A stretch of DNA of 64,000 nucleotides from an uncultured Dehalococcoidales bacterium (GTDB taxonomy: Bacteria; Chloroflexota; Dehalococcoidia; E44-bin15), in assembly GCA_964443325.1 (NCBI GenBank), contig CAYUCL010000004.1:5885-69884 (forward strand), given 5' to 3'. Positions 1 to 10,112 of the stretch are shown here, piece after piece; within the stretch, counting starts at the first letter, position 1; each line of letters opens with the position of its first letter. Under the pieces are notes generated by a model. It saw only the letters and a list, made by a program, of their open reading frames with translations, was not told the DNA's origin and did not search any database. A program made the translations under genes and the position numbers.

Positions 1-1
1 G

Positions 2-880
2 GACATCTTGAACTCCAGAGGTGGCCAGACAAGCTACCGCAAGAGTGCCTTTGCCATAGGCATCGAAGGGACTCTGATCCGCGATACGGATATGCTCTTC
101 GTCGGCGAGATGGATAGCTCCTGTCGCCCGTTAAGAGAGTTTGAGCCACTAGCAGACAGCGTCATTCAGCAGCTTGAGATGGCAAAGCATACCGCCTCGG
201 TATCCACAGGGCGATCGCCGGTGATTTTGACCCCCAAGGGAGTGAGCAGTACCCTCTTCGCCCCCCTGGCGGTCGCTTTCAATGGCAAGATAGTGGTAGA
301 GGGGGCATCTCCCTTGGTGGGCAGACAAGGAAAACAGCTCTTTAGCAATAGGCTCTCTTTATGGGACGATGCCACTATCGAATACCGCCCTACTAGCCGC
401 CCCTGTGATGATGAAGGCATACCAAGCCAGGGGATACCTCTCATCGAAAAGGGAATGGTGGCAAACTTTCTTTATGATCTACAAACCGCCGCTCACGCCG
501 GTGCCGAGAGCACAGGTAGCGCCAGCAGGGGTCGAGGGAGCATGCCTGCACCATCAATAAGTGCCATGGTATTTGAGCAGGGGGACACCCGTTTTGAGGA
601 TATGCTTCGAGATATAAAAGAGGGGATAGTTATTGAGGAACTAATCGGGGCAGGCCAGGGGAATGTTTTGGGCGGCGACTTCAGTGGGAATGTGCTCCTG
701 GGATACAAGGTTGAGAATGGGGAAATCGTGGGGCGGGTAAAGGATACAATGATTTCAGGAAATATTTACAAGGCCCTCAAGGAGCTTATTGCCATCGGGC
801 AAGAGGCTAAGTGGGTTGGCAGTTCATTGAAAACGCCTGCTATCTATTTGGCTGGTTTGTCGGTGGTCAGCAAAACATGA
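2..880 (+). CDS. TldD/PmbA-family metalloprotease, C-terminal portion (5' end lies outside the window)
   Basis: Reading frame is open from the window edge. The C-terminal region (GNVLGGDFSGNVLLGYKVENGEIVGRVKD...) is typical of the PmbA/TldD family. Confidence 0.6.
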   Translation, partial: DILNSRGGQTSYRKSAFAIGIEGTLIRDTDMLFVGEMDSSCRPLREFEPLADSVIQQLEMAKHTASVSTGRSPVILTPKGVSSTLFAPLAVAFNGKIVVEGASPLVGRQGKQLFSNRLSLWDDATIEYRPTSRPCDDEGIPSQGIPLIEKGMVANFLYDLQTAAHAGAESTGSASRGRGSMPAPSISAMVFEQGDTRFEDMLRDIKEGIVIEELIGAGQGNVLGGDFSGNVLLGYKVENGEIVGRVKDTMISGNIYKALKELIAIGQEAKWVGSSLKTPAIYLAGLSVVSKT

Positions 881-896
881 CAACGGAGGTATCCCT

Positions 897-1817
897 TTGC
901 CGTTAGAGAGGTACTTCGCTGAGATCAGCGATAGTAAGAAACCTCTGGTTATCTCAAAGCTTGCTAACCTGTCAACCCTTTCATCTGAGGAGTTAACGTT
1001 ATTTTTGGAGACGTGGGTTAAGATGGATGTTGACAGGCAGAGGCAGATCGTGGGTCACCTCGTCGAACTGGCCGAAGAGAACCCTAATCTGAATTTCGAT
1101 GACATCTTTATTGCCTCTCTCCATGACCCCGACGAGACAGTCAGGACAAAGTCTATCGACGGCTTGTGGGAATGTGAGAGTTGCTCCCTAATTGACTCCT
1201 TTATCACCCTTCTCAGAGAGGATAGCAAGGAATCGGTGCGCGCTGCTGCAGCAATGGCGCTGGGCAAGTTTGCCATGCTTGCTGAACTGGGGAAATTACG
1301 CCCCGAACACAGACAAAAGGTGGAAAGTGCGCTGTCTGCTATTATCGATGACCAGGATGAGCAGATTGAGGTAGTGAGACGTGCTATAGAGGCGATAGCA
1401 CCCCTTAGTTTGCCGAGGGTGAATGAGATCATCCAAGAAGCCTACATGAGCGACGATGCCGTAATGCGAGTGAGCGCTGTCTACGCTATGGGCAAGAATA
1501 GCGACCTGGCCTGGCTTCCAACGCTGCTGAGGGAACTTGGTAGCGCAGATGCGGAGATGCGCTATGAAGCCGCAGAGGCCTGCGGAGAGCTTGGAGAGGA
1601 GGACGCGGTGCCTCATCTAAGCAGGCTCATCCATGATATCGATAGTCAGGTCTGCCTCTCCGCTATAGCTGCACTGGGAAAGATCGGGGGCAGCGAGGCT
1701 GAGGATATACTGCAAGAATGCCTGACTAATTCCGAAGAGCATATTCGTCAAGCAGCGGCGGAAGCCTTGGAAGAACTCGACTTCGAAAAGGACCCGTTAT
1801 CTTTCAGAATTCTTTAA
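897..1817 (+). CDS. HEAT/PBS-lyase-like repeat protein
   Basis: Repeated ~30-aa helical units (VRxxAAxALGKxG...) are characteristic of HEAT-like repeats. Confidence 0.55.
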   Translation: MPLERYFAEISDSKKPLVISKLANLSTLSSEELTLFLETWVKMDVDRQRQIVGHLVELAEENPNLNFDDIFIASLHDPDETVRTKSIDGLWECESCSLIDSFITLLREDSKESVRAAAAMALGKFAMLAELGKLRPEHRQKVESALSAIIDDQDEQIEVVRRAIEAIAPLSLPRVNEIIQEAYMSDDAVMRVSAVYAMGKNSDLAWLPTLLRELGSADAEMRYEAAEACGELGEEDAVPHLSRLIHDIDSQVCLSAIAALGKIGGSEAEDILQECLTNSEEHIRQAAAEALEELDFEKDPLSFRIL

Positions 1818-2381
1818 GTGGGTGTTCTTATGTTGAAGGGCAAGAAGGTAGTTCTCAGGGAAAAGAAATGGGAGGATGTCACCAACGATTATGCCTGGCG
1901 TAGTGATGAGGAGCTTGCTCGCCTCGATGCTGCCGAGCCTATAAGGATACCCTATACGGAGTATCTTTTTGAACACGCCACTGAGTTGGGTAGTCCAAGT
2001 GAGCGGCGACGCCGCTTTGCTATCGAGAGCTTAGACGGTAAGCACATAGGCAATTGCATGTACTATGACATCGATAAAAAGAGGAACCAGGCGGAACTAG
2101 GCATAATGATCGGCGACCGTAACTACTGGAAGCAGGGTTATGGCGCCGACGCTGTGACCGTTCTCTTAAACCACATCTTCAGCGCAACGAGCCTCAACAG
2201 AGTCTATCTCAAAACCCTCAACTGGAACGTCAGAGCGCAGGCCTGCTTTCAGAAATGCGGCTTTGTCCCCTATGGCCAAGTGAAAAAGCGAAACAACAAC
2301 TTCATAACGATGGAGCTAATGCGAAAAGATTGGGAGAGGCGAAATTTGGCCTCTCCCAATGATAACCCACCAAATCCTTAA
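1818..2381 (+). CDS. GNAT family N-acetyltransferase
   Basis: Length and motifs (GYGADAVTVLLNHIF, RVYLKTLNWN) fit the GNAT fold. The start codon directly abuts the stop of the preceding gene. Confidence 0.6.
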   Translation: MGVLMLKGKKVVLREKKWEDVTNDYAWRSDEELARLDAAEPIRIPYTEYLFEHATELGSPSERRRRFAIESLDGKHIGNCMYYDIDKKRNQAELGIMIGDRNYWKQGYGADAVTVLLNHIFSATSLNRVYLKTLNWNVRAQACFQKCGFVPYGQVKKRNNNFITMELMRKDWERRNLASPNDNPPNP

Positions 2382-2388
2382 AGGTCCT

Positions 2389-3300
2389 CTATTGCTTTGG
2401 CGCTGCCGGTGGCGATGGATTCTCCAAGCCCCGTGCCAGTGTCTTCGGAATCAGATCACAGAGCTCGTCGACGGTCCACATACCCTCTTTGAAGATGGAA
2501 CGGAAGTTCTCGGGCTCTGTATAGAGGCCTACGTTCCCGCCACCGATATCGAACGTGCGGCCGTTGATGTTGGCCGCTTCGTCGGTGCACAGGAATACCA
2601 CCAGCGGTGAAACATCCTCAGGTTGTGGGAACATCCCTTGTATCTGTTCCTCGGTCATGCCCCGCTTCTTCCAGGCCTCAAACAGCTCAGTAGTCAGTGT
2701 CAGCCTTGTGCCTGCCAAGGGGCGAATGGCATTGCATGTGATGCCGTATCTACCCATGTCTATGGCTACTGTCCTGGTCAAGCCAATTATTCCTTCTTTG
2801 GCCGCGCTATAGTTAGCCTGCCCCATGTTCCCCAGACCCGCTGATGAGGATGTATTTATAATACACCCGCTCCTCTGCTGCCTCATGACGACGCAGGCGT
2901 GCTTGGTGGTGTTGAAATGGCCATAGAGATGGACCTTAAGTGCCGTGTCCCACTCCTCTTCGGTCATGTTGAACACCATACGGTCTCGGAGCACACCAGC
3001 ATTGTTCACCAAGATGTCTAACTTGCCAAAACTGTCAATGGCGGTTTTAACTATGTTCTCCCCAGCTTCGTAGCTAGCCACGCTGTCATAGTTAGCAACA
3101 GCCTCTCCACCCATCTTCTTGATCTCTTCCACCACCTCGTCGGCTGGCCCCTTGGCCGCCCCGGTGCCATCTACAGCGCCACCAAGGTCATTAATAACCA
3201 GCTTTGCCCCCTCAGCGGCAAGCGCCAGAGCGTGGCATTTGCCGAGGCCACGACCTGAGCCCGTTACTATTGCAACTTTTCCTTTTAGTCTATCACCCAT
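2389..3300 (-). CDS. SDR-family NAD(P)-dependent oxidoreductase (MFE-2-type hydroxyacyl-CoA dehydrogenase-like), paralog 1
   Basis: N-terminal GKVAIVTGSGRGLG Rossmann motif, NNAG motif and a Y..K catalytic pair. A ~50-aa C-terminal extension is shared by all three paralogs. Confidence 0.8.
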   Translation of the reverse strand: MGDRLKGKVAIVTGSGRGLGKCHALALAAEGAKLVINDLGGAVDGTGAAKGPADEVVEEIKKMGGEAVANYDSVASYEAGENIVKTAIDSFGKLDILVNNAGVLRDRMVFNMTEEEWDTALKVHLYGHFNTTKHACVVMRQQRSGCIINTSSSAGLGNMGQANYSAAKEGIIGLTRTVAIDMGRYGITCNAIRPLAGTRLTLTTELFEAWKKRGMTEEQIQGMFPQPEDVSPLVVFLCTDEAANINGRTFDIGGGNVGLYTEPENFRSIFKEGMWTVDELCDLIPKTLARGLENPSPPAAPKQ

Positions 3301-3330
3301 TTTGCCTCCTTAGCCTCGTTGAACTTCCTA

Positions 3331-4248
3331 TTACTTCGGTGGTTCCGCTGGCGATGGATTTACCAGGCCTACCGCCAGTGACTGTGGGACATCCCTGCAA
3401 AGCTCGTCCACAGTCCATCTCCCGTCTTTGTGGATACTTCTGCATATTGTTGGATCAGTCATAAGACTGATCTGGCCGGAACGAACATAGAAGATATGCC
3501 CATTTATATTTGCCGCCTCGTCGGTGCACAAGAACGCCACCAAGGGCGCGATCGCTTCAGGCGCCAAGCTTGTGAGGTCATATGCTGGCGGCGGCTGTCC
3601 CGTTTCTTCTCTTTTCTTCCGAGCAGCCTCCATCTCAGGGGATACTGTCATCCTCGTGGCGGCAGCCGGGCGAATAGCGTTGCAGGTGACGCCATATCTG
3701 CCCATATCCCTAGCCACTGTCCTGGTGAACCCAGCGATACCCTCCTTGGCCGCAGCATAATTGGCTTGACCTCTATTACCGAGACCCGATGTAGAAGAGG
3801 TATTCACTATGCGGCCGCCTCTCTGCTGCCTCATGACGACACAGGCGGGTTTGGTGCAATGAAAGTGCCCATAAAGATGGACTTTCAGCACTGTGTCCCA
3901 TTCCTCTTCGGTCATGTTGAAGACCATGCGGTCTCGGAGCACACCAGCGTTGTTCACCAGAATGTCCAGCCTGCCAAAATTGTCAATGGCAGTTTTAATT
4001 ATGTTCTCTCCACCCTCCGGTGTAGTCACCGAGTCGTAGTTGGCAACGGCCTCTCCACCTGCCTTCTTAATCTCCTCTACCACCTCATCGGCTGGCCCCT
4101 TAGCTGCCCCTGTGCCATCTGGAGCGCCACCAAGGTCATTAACCACCACCTTTGCCCCCTCAGCAGCGAACAATAGCGCATGGCCCCTGCCAATACCCCG
4201 ACCTGCGCCTGTTATCACTGCGACTTTCCCTTTTAACCTATCACCCAT
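3331..4248 (-). CDS. SDR-family oxidoreductase, paralog 2
   Basis: About 75% identical to paralog 1 across its length, with the same motifs. Confidence 0.8.
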   Translation of the reverse strand: MGDRLKGKVAVITGAGRGIGRGHALLFAAEGAKVVVNDLGGAPDGTGAAKGPADEVVEEIKKAGGEAVANYDSVTTPEGGENIIKTAIDNFGRLDILVNNAGVLRDRMVFNMTEEEWDTVLKVHLYGHFHCTKPACVVMRQQRGGRIVNTSSTSGLGNRGQANYAAAKEGIAGFTRTVARDMGRYGVTCNAIRPAAATRMTVSPEMEAARKKREETGQPPPAYDLTSLAPEAIAPLVAFLCTDEAANINGHIFYVRSGQISLMTDPTICRSIHKDGRWTVDELCRDVPQSLAVGLVNPSPAEPPK

Positions 4249-4404
4249 TTTGCCTCCTTATCTATTTAGCCTCGCTAGCTCCACAACTCTGCATTATATT
4301 CTATCAATAGCTGAGGTAATGTTCCAACTGAGCGCTCACCTAACCGAGATTAGTTCCGACTTATACAGTTTGATTTACTCCCCAGCCCTGTTTAATGCAG
4401 TGTC

Positions 4405-5352
4405 CTAGAAAAGCCCTGCTTCCCTGAAGGGCGTCGATACGTCTTCTTTTGGAGGAGCTTTCTTCATCAACTCCTTGACTGCCTTATCAAGCTCCTCCGG
4501 GGTCCATCTAGCCTTCTCTTCTTTAGCTTGCACATCTACTGTGTGCCAGCCCCCAAGTAACCAAACCTTGTTCCCTACAAGCCTGAAGACATTGCCATTT
4601 ATGTCCTTGGCTTTATCGGATGCCAGGTAAACTACAAGGGGAGCCATGTTTTCTGGGTCAAGCATGTCAAACTCGCCTGGCGGTGGAGTCTTCTCCATAA
4701 ATGCCCTCATCGATGGGGTAGCATCAGTTGTCAGTCTTGTCCGTGCCACCGGGACAATGACGTTGCAGGTTACGCCGTATCTTTCCATTTCCCTGGCGAG
4801 GATATTAGTAAGGGCAGCAATTCCTGCCTTAGCTGCTCCATAATTGGTTTGACCAACATTTCCCAAGAGCCCAGCATCAGAAGTAGTGTTTATAATTCTC
4901 CCCTCATGGACCCTCTCAGCTTTGTGTTCTTCCCTCCAGTAGGCACAAGCATGCCTAGAACAGTTAAAAGTACCCTTCAGGTGAACATTTAGCACGGCAT
5001 CCCACTCCTCCTCTGCCATGTTGAAGAACATCCTATCCCGCAGGATGCCGGCGTTATTGACTAAAATGTTCAATTTGCCAAAGTTCTCGACAGCGCATTC
5101 AATAATCTTCTTTGCCGCCTGAAAATCGGTTACACTCTCGTAGTTGGCCACTGCTTCTCCACCAAAGGACTTGATCTCTGCCACTACTTCATCTGCCGGA
5201 CCCGCAGCGGCCCCCGCGCCATCAAAGCCTCCACCGAGGTCATTAACCACTACTTTAGCTCCCTCTTTTGCTAACAGTAGTGCTTCCCCTCTTCCTAATC
5301 CTCTTCCCGCTCCCGTAACAATCGCTACTTTTCCTTCCAGCAACTTTGCCAC
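4405..5352 (-). CDS. SDR-family oxidoreductase, paralog 3 (more divergent)
   Basis: TGAGRGLG, NNAG and Y..K motifs are present. It has a longer C-terminal tail than the other two. Confidence 0.8.
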   Translation of the reverse strand: MAKLLEGKVAIVTGAGRGLGRGEALLLAKEGAKVVVNDLGGGFDGAGAAAGPADEVVAEIKSFGGEAVANYESVTDFQAAKKIIECAVENFGKLNILVNNAGILRDRMFFNMAEEEWDAVLNVHLKGTFNCSRHACAYWREEHKAERVHEGRIINTTSDAGLLGNVGQTNYGAAKAGIAALTNILAREMERYGVTCNVIVPVARTRLTTDATPSMRAFMEKTPPPGEFDMLDPENMAPLVVYLASDKAKDINGNVFRLVGNKVWLLGGWHTVDVQAKEEKARWTPEELDKAVKELMKKAPPKEDVSTPFREAGLF

Positions 5353-5486
5353 CTTTATCCCCTTTCAATTAGATCCCTATTATTAATCTTCCCCACCCAA
5401 ATTAGTAATCTCCTTTTTATCACCCCCCATTTATCATCAATGAGATGAAATTGTCTCTCTATCTATTTACAGCCTGCACCTCAGGC

Positions 5487-5957
5487 TTAAGCCTTCTTCG
5501 AGGGAAGGATAACCGTGGCACTGCCTGGTGTGGTCTTTTCCCCTTTCCCATTCTCCACCCATATGTCACACTCAACAAGGTGCTGGCCATCCTCTACTTT
5601 CTTATTGGCAACCGTCCCCTTACAAAGCCATGTTTCCCCTTCTGCAGGATCTCCCATAGTCGCCATCCTTCGAGGATAGTCCATGCCTCGATACTGGCAG
5701 GCGAACTTCTTAACTCGTCCCTCGGCACCTATCCAGTCAGTCACTAGCTGGACCAGCCATGCCCTTTTGAGAGCGCCGTGGGTAATGATGCCGCCCGTCC
5801 CCTGAGTTGCAGCGAAGCTCTCATCCCAGTGAAGGGGATTAAAGTCTCCTGATGCCCCAGCCCATCTAACCGCCATCTGGGTTGTGGAGATCTTCTCCAG
5901 AGTAGGCACTTCACTGCCAACCTCCACATCTTCGTAATAAATTTGCTTTTTCGCCAT
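5487..5957 (-). CDS. MaoC-like (R)-specific enoyl-CoA hydratase, hot-dog fold
   Basis: Hot-dog hydratase motif region (GDFNPLHWDESFA...). Confidence 0.7.
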   Translation of the reverse strand: MAKKQIYYEDVEVGSEVPTLEKISTTQMAVRWAGASGDFNPLHWDESFAATQGTGGIITHGALKRAWLVQLVTDWIGAEGRVKKFACQYRGMDYPRRMATMGDPAEGETWLCKGTVANKKVEDGQHLVECDIWVENGKGEKTTPGSATVILPSKKA

Positions 5958-5967
5958 TTCTTCCCCC

Positions 5968-6447
5968 TTATCTAGCGATAATCGTTGCCCGGTTTACAGC
6001 TACTGTGTCGCCGTTCTGGTTCAAATAGGTGGTCTCTACCGTGGTAAATATCATCTTTCCCGCCTTCCCCTCCCTCTCCCTGATATCTGCGATCTTCGAG
6101 TAGGCGGTGAGGATATCACCGGCACGGATGGGAATGTAGAACTCCTGGTCCACGCCGCCATCGAGAATACGGAAGAGGCCAGCTTTTACCAGCACAGCCC
6201 CAACTATGGACATGCCTCCTATAGTTGCCCTCCCCTTGATAGGCCAACCCCAGAAACCAGGCGGGCAGATGATATCCTCATATCCAGCAGCCTTTGCATC
6301 CTCCACCTCATGGAAAAGAGGGTTTTCATCGCCCACAGCATCGGCATACCTTCTTATCGCTACCCTCCCCACCTCCATTATGACTGGTTCCGACAACGTA
6401 CCAATCATCGCCTTAATCTCATCCGTCATTATCGACTCGTCAGCCAA
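5968..6447 (-). CDS. MaoC N-terminal-like hot-dog dehydratase subunit
   Basis: Second hot-dog-fold protein (RYADAVGDENPLFH). It is adjacent to and co-oriented with the MaoC hydratase, as in split hydratase-2 systems. Confidence 0.6.
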   Translation of the reverse strand: MADESIMTDEIKAMIGTLSEPVIMEVGRVAIRRYADAVGDENPLFHEVEDAKAAGYEDIICPPGFWGWPIKGRATIGGMSIVGAVLVKAGLFRILDGGVDQEFYIPIRAGDILTAYSKIADIREREGKAGKMIFTTVETTYLNQNGDTVAVNRATIIAR

Positions 6448-6609
6448 TTCGCTACCTCCTTATTTTTTCTTTGGCTAGAGTAAATCTTACCTTCCTAAAA
6501 CACAGTAAAAAGCACCAAACAGACTCCATCCAAGCCATCGAAAGTCTACACAAACCCAATCGCCCTGTCAAGTATCTTAGGTCTGTTTTGCTTCGCTGGA
6601 CCACGACTA

Positions 6610-8751
6610 TCATATCCTCTCCAGAGGTGCCAAGCTCAACAGCAATCTCTTCAGCCCGGCATCTCCCTTGAACGCTACAGTGACCTCATGGTCGTCCTTA
6701 GAGTGCCAACAGTTGATTACTATTCCTTCACCGAATACAGCGTGGCGCACATGGTCCCCTGCATTTAGAGGCGGCTTTACTGTCGAATTTGTGGTTAAGG
6801 TTGGCTGTGCAGCCTTTGCCTGGTTACGCCCCGTAGGTGTCATTACCAGGTGAGAGGGAATATCAAGGAGAAAGCGTGAAGGAAGCGTTGGCCCACTGCT
6901 TCCCATCAGTCTACGTCGGAAGGCACGGACAAGATAAAGACGCTCCTTGGCTCGAGTAATCCCAACATAGCACAGACGGCGTTCCTCCTCCATCTGGTAT
7001 GGATCATCAAAAGACTTCCGATGAGGAAGCAGCCCTTCCTCCATACCAACTATGAACACTACCGGAAACTCCAGACCCTTGGCTGCGTGAAGTGTGATTA
7101 ATGTCACCGCGTCAATCTTCTCTTCGTAACTGTCTACATCAGAGACCAGTGCCACCCCTTCAAGAAAAGAGGAAAGGCTATCTTCAGGTGCCAGATAGCG
7201 ATAATCATTTGCTACCGTTCGCAACTCCATGATATTTTCCCACCTATCCTCCCCATCGTCCTTATCCAAGATATATTCTTTGTAACCAGAGCGCTCCACC
7301 ACCAGGTCGAAAAGCTCGATGACGTTTAGCTCCTTGCTTCTCATGATCAGTTCGTTGAGAATGGTCAGAAAGCTGGTTAAAACTTTGGCAAAGCGGGGGC
7401 CAAAAGGAGATTTATCGCCTTCATCAGCGAGCGTCTGCAAAGCAGCATAAACAGGTAGAGATTGCCCCTTTGCCCACTGCGACAGCTCATCTATTGTGCG
7501 CTTGCCGATCCCCCGCGTCGGCACATTGATAATCCTTAAGAGGCTCACGCTATCATATGGGTTGTGGACCAGCCGGAGGTAAGCGATGACATCCCTGACC
7601 TCCCGCCGCTCGTAAAAGCGGGTGCCGCCTACCAGCCGGTAGGACATCCCATAGCGAATAAAAGCCTCCTCAATGACCCTCGACTGGGCATTGGTGCGAT
7701 ACATCACAGCGCAATCGCCCCGCTTGAAATGTTCCTGAGTAGTGAGCTTCTCCACTTCACTCACCACAGACTGGGCCTCTTCTTCCTCGGTGTAGGTCTC
7801 AGCAACAGTAATCTGCACCCCCTCCTCATTCTCAGTCCACAGTCCCTTCTCCTTTCGTTTACTATTGGCCGAGATCACATGATGTGCCACTTCGAGGATT
7901 GTCTTGGTGGAGCGGTAGTTCTGCTCAAGATATACCACCGTTGCATCGGGGTAATCCCGCTCGAAGCTCATGATGTTTCTCATATCGGCGAATCGCCATG
8001 AGTAGATCGATTGATCTGGGTCGCCAACTACACATATATTGCGATATCCCCCAGCCAGTTGTTTTGCCAGGACATACTGCGCAATATTGGTATCCTGAAA
8101 TTCATCGATAAGCACATGATAGTAGCGTTGCTGGTACTTGGAGAGAACCTCAGGGCGGTGGCGGAAGAGGTAGACGGCCTTCATTAAAAGGTCATCGAAA
8201 TCAAGGGCCTTGCTCTCGCCAAGGAGGTTCTGGTAGCGCTGGTACACCCGCTGCACTACCTCATCGAAGTAGGAGTTATTGACATAATCATCGGGCGCGA
8301 TAAGGCGGCTCTTGGCTGCGGATATTGCGGAAAGCATGACGCGAGGCAGATAGCGCTTTGGGTCGAGATCCAATTCCTGAAGGCTGCGCTTGACCAGAGT
8401 GAGTTGATCATCACCATCGTAAATAACAAACCTTGGATCAAGACCTATATGTGCCCCCTCTATTCGCAGGATGCGAGCGCAGGTAGCATGGAAGGTGCCC
8501 AAGGTCAAGTCCTCTACTGAGCTGCCAAGAAGCTGGTACAGGCGCTCCTTCATCTCTCTGGCTGCCTTGTTGGTAAAAGTAACAGCCATGATATGGTAGG
8601 GACTGATGCCCCAAACCTTGATCAGGCAGGCCACACGATGGGCAATAACCCGTGTCTTGCCGCTGCCGGGGCCAGCCAGTATGAGTAGCGGCCCCTCAAT
8701 AGACTCCACTGCCTCCCGCTGCGCCCGATTCAACCCCTCAAGAACATCCAC
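6610..8751 (-). CDS. pcrA: ATP-dependent DNA helicase PcrA/UvrD
   Basis: Walker A motif GPGSGKT. UvrD helicase motifs are present (DEFQDTN, VGDPDQSIY, conserved C-terminal region). Confidence 0.85.
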   Translation of the reverse strand: MDVLEGLNRAQREAVESIEGPLLILAGPGSGKTRVIAHRVACLIKVWGISPYHIMAVTFTNKAAREMKERLYQLLGSSVEDLTLGTFHATCARILRIEGAHIGLDPRFVIYDGDDQLTLVKRSLQELDLDPKRYLPRVMLSAISAAKSRLIAPDDYVNNSYFDEVVQRVYQRYQNLLGESKALDFDDLLMKAVYLFRHRPEVLSKYQQRYYHVLIDEFQDTNIAQYVLAKQLAGGYRNICVVGDPDQSIYSWRFADMRNIMSFERDYPDATVVYLEQNYRSTKTILEVAHHVISANSKRKEKGLWTENEEGVQITVAETYTEEEEAQSVVSEVEKLTTQEHFKRGDCAVMYRTNAQSRVIEEAFIRYGMSYRLVGGTRFYERREVRDVIAYLRLVHNPYDSVSLLRIINVPTRGIGKRTIDELSQWAKGQSLPVYAALQTLADEGDKSPFGPRFAKVLTSFLTILNELIMRSKELNVIELFDLVVERSGYKEYILDKDDGEDRWENIMELRTVANDYRYLAPEDSLSSFLEGVALVSDVDSYEEKIDAVTLITLHAAKGLEFPVVFIVGMEEGLLPHRKSFDDPYQMEEERRLCYVGITRAKERLYLVRAFRRRLMGSSGPTLPSRFLLDIPSHLVMTPTGRNQAKAAQPTLTTNSTVKPPLNAGDHVRHAVFGEGIVINCWHSKDDHEVTVAFKGDAGLKRLLLSLAPLERI

Positions 8752-8862
8752 ACCCAGATTATAGCATCCTGGGGTAATCTGAAAAAGGGATGCGCCTCCT
8801 TGACTTATGACCGAATGTTATCAACAATGGGCGTTGCAAAGTAACTTAAAAGGAGGTAGCAA

Positions 8863-10083
8863 ATGGCAAACCATCTTGCAATCGATGTGCTGGACACCGA
8901 AGAGGCTAAAATGGCTCGTTCGCTGGCACGACAGTTCGTGGACAACGAGATCCTCCCGGTGAGGCAGCAGATCGACGACGACAAGGATCATAGCAAGGTC
9001 ATCGAACCATTGTTCAGGAAGATAATGATTGAACTTGGCATGGGAAGAGTCATGGCGGCAGACCAAACTTTGGCCTTGACCAATCAAATGGGATTTCTGG
9101 AGGAGCTGTCCCGTGGCGATAGTGGCATAGCCGTTGCCATGGCGTGCACTGGCTGGTGCCTGTTTCCCATCAGAATTGATCCATATAGAAGACCGGACCT
9201 GATAGAGGAACTGGCTGGCGTTTTCCCCGAGGACGAAGTTGCATTCGGCTGTTTCGCCATGACGGAACCTGAAGGTGGTTGCGACATCGAGAATCCTCGG
9301 ATGGAGGGACACAAAATCCACACCACCGCACGCCTTGATGGTGAGGAGTGGGTGATAAACGGGGTTAAGCAGTGGCCCACCAATAGCGGTGTATCTTACC
9401 TTTATCTCACCGTGTGCACCACCGATCCCAACCTGGGAGATGATGGGATCGCCCTTATCTACGTCCCTTATCCTATCGATGGTGTCTCCTTCGGCAGGTT
9501 CGAGAACAAGTCGGGGATGCAGGCAGATAGAAACTGCTCCATCTTCTACGATAACGTGAGGGTGCCCAAGAGGTATCGAGCAGCAGGGCCAGGGGATGAT
9601 GCCAACCTTCTTCACCAAAACCTGGTCCTGGGTTCCATCGGCAGCGCTGCGATGTCGATAGGAACAGCCCAGAACATCTTTGAAATTGTTACCGATTACG
9701 CCACAAAAAGGGTGGCCGGTGGGAAACCGATCAAGGAGCACAGTGTAATTGCATGCAGCTTGGCGGACATGGTCACCGGTATCGAGACCGCCAGGACCTA
9801 TGCATTAAGTGTTTCCTACATGTGGGATCGCCCTGAGATATACGGGCCGCGATGGTCAGCGGAGATGTTGGCCAAATCAAGAATTGCCAAGACCTATGCT
9901 GCCGATATAAGCGTCATGGTGGCCAACAGGGCGATGGAGATGATGGGCTCCTATGGCTATACCAGGGACGCAGACGTGGAGAAGCACTGGCGAGACAACA
10001 AGATGATGCAACAGTGGCTGGGAGGGTCGCACGTGGCGCGGCTGGACATCGCCCGTCACTTTTGCAATCTGGAAACGCTTTAA
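8863..10083 (+). CDS. Acyl-CoA dehydrogenase family protein
   Basis: ACAD fold, 406 aa, with conserved N-terminal and middle-domain regions. Confidence 0.7.
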   Translation: MANHLAIDVLDTEEAKMARSLARQFVDNEILPVRQQIDDDKDHSKVIEPLFRKIMIELGMGRVMAADQTLALTNQMGFLEELSRGDSGIAVAMACTGWCLFPIRIDPYRRPDLIEELAGVFPEDEVAFGCFAMTEPEGGCDIENPRMEGHKIHTTARLDGEEWVINGVKQWPTNSGVSYLYLTVCTTDPNLGDDGIALIYVPYPIDGVSFGRFENKSGMQADRNCSIFYDNVRVPKRYRAAGPGDDANLLHQNLVLGSIGSAAMSIGTAQNIFEIVTDYATKRVAGGKPIKEHSVIACSLADMVTGIETARTYALSVSYMWDRPEIYGPRWSAEMLAKSRIAKTYAADISVMVANRAMEMMGSYGYTRDADVEKHWRDNKMMQQWLGGSHVARLDIARHFCNLETL

Positions 10084-10112
10084 CCATTCATCGAAGCTGG
10101 GGATGCCCAAAT

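Noticed and set aside
3430-4176. 248-aa plus-strand ORF
   Set aside because: It is antisense to SDR paralog 2, with no family signal.
8821-9741. 306-aa minus-strand ORF
   Set aside because: It is entirely antisense to a well-supported acyl-CoA dehydrogenase gene. There is no family resemblance, so it is a shadow ORF.
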